Shown here: in pieces, positions 15,001-24,000 of the stretch
Layout of the letters: every line of letters starts with the position of its first letter
Numbering within the stretch: the stretch's first letter is position 1
Made by a program: the position numbers and the translations under genes
Assembly (NCBI GenBank): GCA_038733315.1
Contig: JAVYPJ010000001.1
Location: 1-39,764 of the forward strand
From: Candidatus Aenigmatarchaeota archaeon
GTDB taxonomy: Archaea > Aenigmatarchaeota > Aenigmatarchaeia > CG10238-14 > SpSt-28
Direction of reading: 5' to 3'
Length of the DNA: 39,764 nucleotides
Notes under the pieces: model-generated
Databases searched by the model: none
The model's input: the letters and a program-made list of their open reading frames with translations, nothing else
What the model was told of the DNA's origin: nothing

Positions 15001-18000
15001 CTCAATTTGTTAGTGGAGAAAATATAGAATTAACATTTACTTATTCTTCATTTAGCGGTTCAGATATTGGAAATAGACAATATTACTTTTTAGCTAGAGA
15101 TGTAGAAGGATATGAATACTCTACTGAAATTAATGAAATTACTATTATTAAAGATGATGTAAATATAAATCATGTATTTGGAAACAATACTATTTATAAT
15201 AGAGGACTAAGAGAAAGCTTATTCCTTAGAGTAAATGTTACGGATAGAGATAGAGGAAATGTTTCAGTAGGTGGTGGAAGAAGTGGAATATTCTATTACA
15301 CAAAAGATGGAGACAATTTCATTTCATTAACAATATATACCGATTCAGGTGGAAACTTAACTTTATCTAATTTACCTGTTGATTGTAGTTTTAGTGTTGG
15401 GACTCAAAAATGGAAAGCTGGAATTAAAGATGATGCATGGTATAAAGATACTAATTCTTCTACATTTATTTTTACAGTAATTAGTACTAACCTAACTGTT
15501 AATTTAGAGCATCCTATTAATAAAAGCTTCTTAAGAGGTATTGAAGATGTTGAGTTAATTGCAACATTAAAAGATGAATGTGGTTTTGTAACAGGAGGTA
15601 ATGTAAAGTTTATTATACCGAAATATAATTATATTTGCAATGCAATAGATTTAGGTAATGGAACTTATAAATGTTCAATTCCTAAAACAATTACCCAATA
15701 TTGGGAATATGGATGGCATGAAGTTATAGTTAATGCCACGAAGGATTATTATAATGTAGCAGAAATATCAGTTCAAAATTCATTCTTTTTGGCAAGCAAG
15801 CCAGAATTTACATCAGCACCGATTGCATATACATCCCAAGGCTCTAATATCGGTGGATGGGGAGAAAGCTGGACATTTTTAATTTATGTAAAAGATGATG
15901 ACTTTAATAAAGTAAATGTTTCGTTATATATTAGAGAATTTAATGGTTCATTAAGATTATTAGATTCTACAACAATAGATGCCTCTCCAAATCCATATCC
16001 AATAGTTTTTGAAGGACATACTTTTGAATGTGCAGATATTGGAAATAGAGAAATAATATTTGTTGCTATAGATGAATTTAATTATAACTCTAGCTCTTCT
16101 TCAACTATAACTATTGAAAAAGATGATGTAGATATTCTTTATAATTCCCCATATGAATTTATAATAAATAGATCCTCTAACGAGTTCGCAGCGCTATCAA
16201 TTCAAGTATTAGATACTGATAGATATAACTTACCGATAGTTGCAAATATTTCATATTTTGTAACGTATGATGGAAATAATTATATACCTGTGGGAAGTAA
16301 TATATCAAATGAAAATGGAATTTCTAATTTCAATTTCTATGCAAATTGTTTGTTTAATGTCGGAATTCAAAAATGGAAAGCTAAGGTTTTGAATAATGTA
16401 TGCTATAAAGATTTTGAAAAAGAGTTTTCACAAGCAAAAATTACTATTATAGGAAGTTTACAAAACTATATTATTTATCCATATAGAAATTCAGATATTT
16501 TAATAGAATTTGGAAAAATCGAAAATATAACTTTAAATGTTAAAGATGAGTGTGAAAATTATATTGAAAATGCTAATGTTAATCTAAATGCTATTTGGCC
16601 AAATAATTATATAGAAAATATTCCTGTTTATGAAGAAAATAGTGGAATTTATAATGCAACATGGAATTTAAGTAGAAAAATTGGTGGATATTATTCTTTT
16701 GTTTTTAATTCTTCCAAGGAATATTATAATTCTAATTCAACATTATTCTCAAATTGGATTTATCTAAATAATACTCCACCAATAATTGAAAATATAAGTG
16801 TTAATCCATTAGTTGGTGGATGGGGAGAAACGTTTACATTTAGCGCAGATGTTTTTGATATTCAAAGAGATGATGTTGTTTGTAAGCTATATGTTTATAC
16901 AGGTAAAAATACTTGGTTATATAAAGGAAATGTAACTATTAAAGATGGGGTTGGAAAGTGTATAATAAATGTTAGTGATTTTGATTGCTCAGATATTAAT
17001 GTTACTTCTTTGAATATGTTTAAGTTTGAAATTTCTGATGTAAACAATGTTTTTAATACTACAGAAATTTTTGCACCAGCAATAGGTAAAAATGATGTTG
17101 AAATTTATTATGCATTTGGAAATAATAGTTTCGTTAATAGAGCGTATTACAACACAACCTTATTATCTTTAAGGATATTTGATAAAATTAAGAATACATT
17201 TGTAGGTTCTAATGTTAGAGGTTTTGTAAAAGTTACTAAAGATGGAAGTAATTATGGAGAAGAAATTATAAACTATACCAATTCTTCTGGATATCTAAAT
17301 GTTTATTTTGATCCAAGCGGAGATTATGAAGTAGGTATTCAAAAATGGCTTGGAGGAGTTTTGAACGATAATTGTTATTTAGATAAAAATAGTGAAGAGT
17401 ATTATTTAACTATCTTAGGAGAAATGGCTCTTAGTTATTTTGGAATAGATAGAGAAGATGCTCGATACCTTAAGCCAAAAGATGATATTACAATTACTAT
17501 AGCACTTCAAGATGATAGGGGCTCGTATATAAATGATGCAGACGTTAATATAACTTTAATAGATGAGTTTAATAATAAATATATTTGCCCTATAAGTAAT
17601 CTTGGCGGTGGAACTTATCAATGTTCTATTAGCACATCTATCTTAGCTGCTAGATGGTATAACGTTTCTATATTAGCTAAAAAAGAATATCATTTAGATC
17701 TAAATGTTACATTTTCCAACGTATTTTTCATAGAAACAGAGCCAAAAGTATATAATATAAGTGCTATTAGTGAGGAAAACTCAAATATTGGTGGATGGGG
17801 AGAAACATGGAAATTCGTTGCAACTTTTGAAGATGAAGATTTGGATAGAAATGAAATTTGGATTCAAATCAAGCCAGAAAACTCTGAAAATTGGTATACT
17901 GTCAATAGTACTATAATTTCTGGAATTAATAAGACAACGATTGAACTTATAGTGAAAGATCCAGGATTACTACAACAATATTTAGGTATATGGAATGCTC

Positions 18001-21000
18001 AATTCTATTCAATCGATAATAGAGGATATATAAGTTATAGTGAAATTATTAATTTCACTGTAGAGAAAAATGATGTAAGAATAGAATTAGTTGAAGGAAA
18101 TAATTCAACTGTATGGCGAAATAACACAGAATCTGTAACTTTAAAAGTTAGAATTTACGATTTAGATCAAAAAACCTATGTATCTTCTCCTTCAGCAAAA
18201 ACATATTTCTTTATAACTTATGATGGAAATGTTTTTGATGAAGGAAGAGAAACATATACAGATAATGAAGGTTATTCATACATTGATTTCGATCCAGATT
18301 GTAGATATAAGACAGGTATTCAAAAATGGGTTGTGAAGATTATTAACGACACTTATTATAAAGATTCTTCATCTCAAAACTTCACATTAAACATTTACTC
18401 TACTTTAATTCCGAATGTAACATTTCCAGATGGGCATGCATTTTTAGTTGGGGAATTAGTACCTATAAATGTTAGCCTAAGAGATGAATGTGAATATGTA
18501 AATAATGCAAGTGTAACAATAAGAGTTAGATACTTAGCAACTACATATACTTGCACTCCAGTAAATAATATTGATAATGGAATTTATAACTGTGTTTGGG
18601 ACTCTAGTGGAAAAGCATATGGAGGTTATGATGTAATAGCTATTGCTTCGAAATCTTTCTACGCATCTAATTCAACGACAAAACCTCTAGCATTTTATTT
18701 AGCATCAATACCACAGCTTTCTAACGCATCTGTTAATCCATTAGTTGGTGGATGGGGAGAAACGTTTACATTTAGCGTAAGATTAACTGATTTAGATAGA
18801 AATCAAAATAATGTTACCTTATGGAAAAGTTATGATAATCAAAGTTGGATTTATGTAACGAGTAAATTAGTTACGCCAACATATACAGGATATTTGGTAA
18901 GTTTTGTTGTAACGTTTGATTGCGAAGATTTATTAAATGGTCCTCTAGTATATTTCAAGTTTTCATCAAAAGATCAATTCGGTTATTATAATGAAAGTGG
19001 AATAATTAATGTTACGTTTGAGCAAAACGATGTTTCATTAAGTATTATAGAATATAATTCAAGCGTTAGAAGACTAGAAAACAATATATCGTATTTCTTG
19101 CTTAGAGTTTACGATAGCGATAGAAAAGTTTATCCAAATAATACAGAAGTCACTTTATATATAACTGAAAATGGAAATGATTATACTGTAGAAATTATTA
19201 ATCAAACATATTTAGGAAATGTATCTTTCTATTACGATCCTACGTGCTCTTCAAACGTAGGAATTCAAAAATGGTATGCGAAAATCACAGATGTTTGTTA
19301 TAAAAATGTTAATACAACAGAAAGAGCTTTAACCGTTATTGGACAATTATATATAGACATCTTGAATCCAAAAAACAATCAAATCTTAAACAGAAATACT
19401 ACTTATTACTTTAATTCTAGCGTATATGATGATTGCAATTTAATAATCGATAATGCAAATGTTAGCTGGTTCTTTGGAAATACAAGAATTGGTAATACAT
19501 ATAACATTACATATACCATTCCATTTAACTATAAGTTAGGGTTAGAAAATGTAAAAGCAAACACTTCTAGAATTTATTACGATCCAAATGAAAAGGTTAT
19601 AAATGTTTATGTTTATGGGTTTGCAGATTTAACAGAAATTTATCCGCAAACAAATTCAGAATTCTTAGCTGGAGAAATAGTAAATTTAGTTTGCAGAGTT
19701 ATGGATAAAAATCTAAATGTACCAATCGAAGGATATACAGTATATTTCTATAGAAACGATACATTAATAGGAAGCTCGCTAACAAATTCTAGTGGATATG
19801 CAACATTCAGCTGGTCAACAGTTAACGAATTAGCTGGATTTGTAGAGATAAAATGTAGGATAACTAACGACGATATTAAATATTATAATGCATCTATTTC
19901 AGAAATCTCTTCTTTAATAAGAATTAGAAGACCTATAACAATAAGAGAGATTTCTGTTACACCAAATGAAATTTATAGAAATGATACTTTTTCACCAAAT
20001 ACAGTTACTATAAGCGTAAGAACATATGATTCAATAATAGCGGCAACAAGTAATGCAATAGTTTATTTCTATAACGAAACAGATTTAATTGGAAACTGCA
20101 CACCAAATTCTTTTGGCTATTGTTCGATAACATATAATCCACCCAACGAAACTAATGTTGGAATTAAATACATTTACATAAACGCAACACCAACGATAGA
20201 AGGTAGAGAAAACTCAGATACATATATCACATCTTTTATAGCAAAAGGTAAATTATATATTCAAATATTAGAACCTTCGAACTCTAGCATATTTGCAAAA
20301 TCTTCAACAGTTAATATAAGAACTTATGTAACTAGTGAAAATGGCGAAAATATTCCTGCGTTATATCCAAATTCAAGAGTAAATATTACAAACTCTTCGA
20401 GTATAATTAGTTTTGCTTATCCAACAGGGGAGGCAAATATTTATGCTGGAAGCTTTAATTTATTAGATCAAAAAACTGGATGGTTAAATGTGACTACTAT
20501 AATAAACATTCCATATTATGATTCTGCAGTAGATTCTATATGGATATTAGTAACTGGTTTAGCTGGGGTAGAATTTACATTTCCAAGCAATAACCAAGAA
20601 ATAACTTATCCTTCAACAATATATCCAACTTGCTTAGTTAAAGATTTAGATAGTGAAATCGGAATAGAGAATTATCCTGTAGAATTTTATTATAAAACGT
20701 CGAGTAGCGATTGGACATATGTATCTACAGAAATAACGAATTCTAGTGGATTAGCAAAAATATCTTTTACAACCCCATCAAAGGGAGAGTTTTACTTTAA
20801 ATGTGTTATTAGCGATAATGCAACTTTGGTATATTCTGCTATATATAATGAAAGCATTGTTAGAATTTTAGTTAAAGATCTTACTCCACCAGAAATTTTA
20901 GAAACTTCAATAAGTCCGACATATGATATAGAGGCAAATAGAGATTTTGTAAATATTTCTGCAGTAGTATCTGATAACATAGGAATTAGTGAAGTCTGGG

Positions 21001-24000
21001 CAATGATTGGCTTGCCAAATGGTAGTTCAGTAAGAGTAAATATGAATAAAATATCTGGAAATTTAACATATGGATTTTATTCAGCCATTTATATTCCTCC
21101 AATAGGCGGAGAGTATAATGTAACAGTATTTGCAAAAGATTTGCCACCTGAAGCAAATGTTAACTCATCTTTTGCAGGAATTTTCTACGTATTTGGAAAA
21201 ACGAATCTTGAACTTAACGTATTTCCAGAAAACATTATTGCAGATGGTATTACAATATATAATGGCTATCCTTTTGAAATAATAATAAATGTTAGTAATT
21301 TAGGTCCCGCGACAGCATACGATTTAAACATAACACTATTTGATGACAGTGGAAGAATTGAATATTCAACTAATATTATTACTATTTCTAACATAAGCAG
21401 GTATATAAACATCTCGCAAATGGTTATGGCGAGAGTAAAAGAAGCTACACCGGCACAAACCATTAATATATTCGTTAACCTAAGCTGGAGAAATCCAGAT
21501 TTAACATATAACTATACTGTTAAAAGAATATTCGTAATAGTTGCAGAAAATCCAAAATTAGAAATTAAGCCCGAATATATCAATGAAGTTGTTGAACATG
21601 ACACAACAAAGATTATAGGTAGTGTAAACATTACAAATATCGGAAACGTGCCAATTACCGAAATTTTACTCTCTACAGATTTAAACACTCCATTTTATAT
21701 GTATTGTTTGAATTGTTCCATATCACTATTTCCAACATATCAAGGATTCTTAGCAATGGGTCAAAGCTTTATTAGTGAAATTACTGTTAGTATTCCTGCG
21801 GGCCAAGATCCAGGAAGTTATTGGAGTAGGATATTAGTTTCTTCAAAAGAGGCAGCCACTGTTTATTCAATAATAAATATAACTGTACCTATAAATAATT
21901 CTTGGATTATTGATAAAGAGATTAGTGGAATAATTCTAGCTCCATTAGGAACTAAAAAAGAAATTGACAAAATTAACTTTTCGAATATTGGAAATGTTAA
22001 TGTAACTATCTCTATATACTTAAGTGGAACAGGTGCCGAATTAGTAAGAGTAGAAAATAGAAGTTCATTTTCTTTTGTATTACCAAAACAAAAAGAAAGA
22101 TTAGTTTCATTTAGTTACGATATACCAAAAACTAAAAATGAAGGACTTTATGATGTAAGAGTAGTAATGGTAAGTACAGATGGTTATCCTAATCTAAGAG
22201 AATTTACATTTACGTTAAATGTAACAGATATTCCACCAATAATAGAGAATGTAGCATTTTCAAAAACAGATTTTGAAATAAACGAAACTATAAATGTAAC
22301 TGCAAAAATATATGATAACATTGAATTGGATAAAGCTTGGATAAACATATCTTATCCAAACAATACTTATGAAATTAAATTGCTGAAGAAATTGCAAGAC
22401 GATATATTCTACGAAAATATTTCATCTAGAATTGCTGGAGAAATTAAGGTAATAATTTGTGCGAATGATACTAAAGGTTTAATCAGTTGTACAGAAGAGT
22501 TTATAATTAGAGCTCATTCAAGAACTATTTTAGATGTTCTATCAGAAAAAATAGTTTTTGAAAACGTTACATTAAGAAATTCTCAAACAAAAACGGTTAT
22601 ACTAAACTTAACTAATTTAGGTTTTGCAAGAGCATTTAACGTTAGTATAAAAGGTGAAGATGAAATTTTTGATATTAGTTTAACTAATGTATCATTAATT
22701 TTGGCTAGAGAAATAATTCCAGTATTTGTTAATATAACAGCATTAAATGGAACCTATAGTGGAAATTATTCTGCAAAAATAAATATAACTTGGATTAATT
22801 TAGATGAAAGCATTGAAAGTAAAATATCTTTAATTCCAATAGAAGTTTTGCCAGTTCATTTGATAGAAATAGAAAATAAAACAGAATACATTAAAAACAA
22901 TGAAGAAAGAATTGTTAATATATCTTTATCTGCTATAGGAAATGTTAACGAAACTAATATAACATTAATTTGTTCTGCAAACTGCGAATTGTTTGAAATA
23001 GATCTAAACGAAACTATTGATAATATAGCACTTGGAGAAACCATAGAAATTCCAATAAGAGTTTTTGTTCCTTCTGATTTAGAAAGTGGGGAATATACGG
23101 TTGAGTTAAAGGCTTATAATGAATTTACTTCAGCAACTGGATATCTAAAAATAATTGTTCCTATAAACATTTCTTGGGAAATTTATCCAATTTATGAAGA
23201 AATAGAAAGCGTACAGGGAGAAGAATTATTTAGAAATATAACAATAAGAAATACAGGAAATTTAAGATTGTTATTGAATTTGTCTTCAATAGCAATAAAC
23301 GGATCTAACTTTATATATTTTGAAAATAATAAAAACTTTACTACAATAAGTTTAAGAGTTGGTGAAACAAAAATTATTCCAATAAAAATAGTTGTTCCTA
23401 TAGTTTACGATTATTCCATTTTTGAAAACAAAATAGTTTCGCTTAACTTTACAACTCAATCTGGCTTAATAACTAAGAATTCTACATTTATACTTAAAAT
23501 ACATCCATTATTTGTAAAAATAATCGAACCTACAGAATCGAATCCACTAAAAAGAGTTGTTGCTGGTGATACTATTTATGCTAAGGTAAATGTAAGTTAT
23601 GGAAATGAAACTTTAACATCTAATGTTAGTTTTCAAATATTTTTATCGAACGAAACATATAGGCATGAAATAGAAAATTTCACAGCCCAATTCTTAGTAA
23701 CTGAAAAAGTATGGTTATTAACATTCATAGCTCCTAATTTAACAGAAGGAATAGGATATGATTTAATTGTTAATGCTACATATTTATTAAAAAATGTTTC
23801 AAAAATAGATGTAGAACCAAAATCAATAATTTATCTTGACACTATTCCGCCAGAAATTGAAATAATTATTCCAGCTAGAATTAGAGTTAATACATCAGCT
23901 ATATTCTGGTTTAATATAACAGATTTAGGTGGAGTAGAAAGTGCTAATGCTATAATAATTAAACCAGATAGCAATATTAGTGAATATAATTTAACGTTTG

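Larger units (their letters stand above)
5140..19615 (+). repeat. Tandem array of 15 diverged ~320-aa protein repeats (GGWGE-type), each probably three Ig-like subdomains
   Basis: Marker Trp codons at 5196, 6195, 7173, 8166, 9117, 10065, 11025, 11979, 12975, 13941, 14898, 15858, 16821, 17796 and 18753 (spacing 948-999 nt). Recurrent motifs are GGWGE, DxDxD, KDD..GNNS.V.R, FxPDCxFxxGxQKW, DxCY, DEC/DDC and GxYxCxF. Confidence 0.92.

Noticed and set aside
13566..17078. Diversity-generating retroelement TR/VR pair (the single mismatch is A vs G)
   Set aside because: There is only one mismatch in 633 bp, both copies are coding within one gene, and no reverse transcriptase is in the window.
5140..19615. 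CRISPR array or mobile-element repeats
   Set aside because: The periodicity is ~960 nt, at protein level and in frame. There are no short identical repeats with unique spacers, and no transposase, integrase or terminal inverted repeats were seen.
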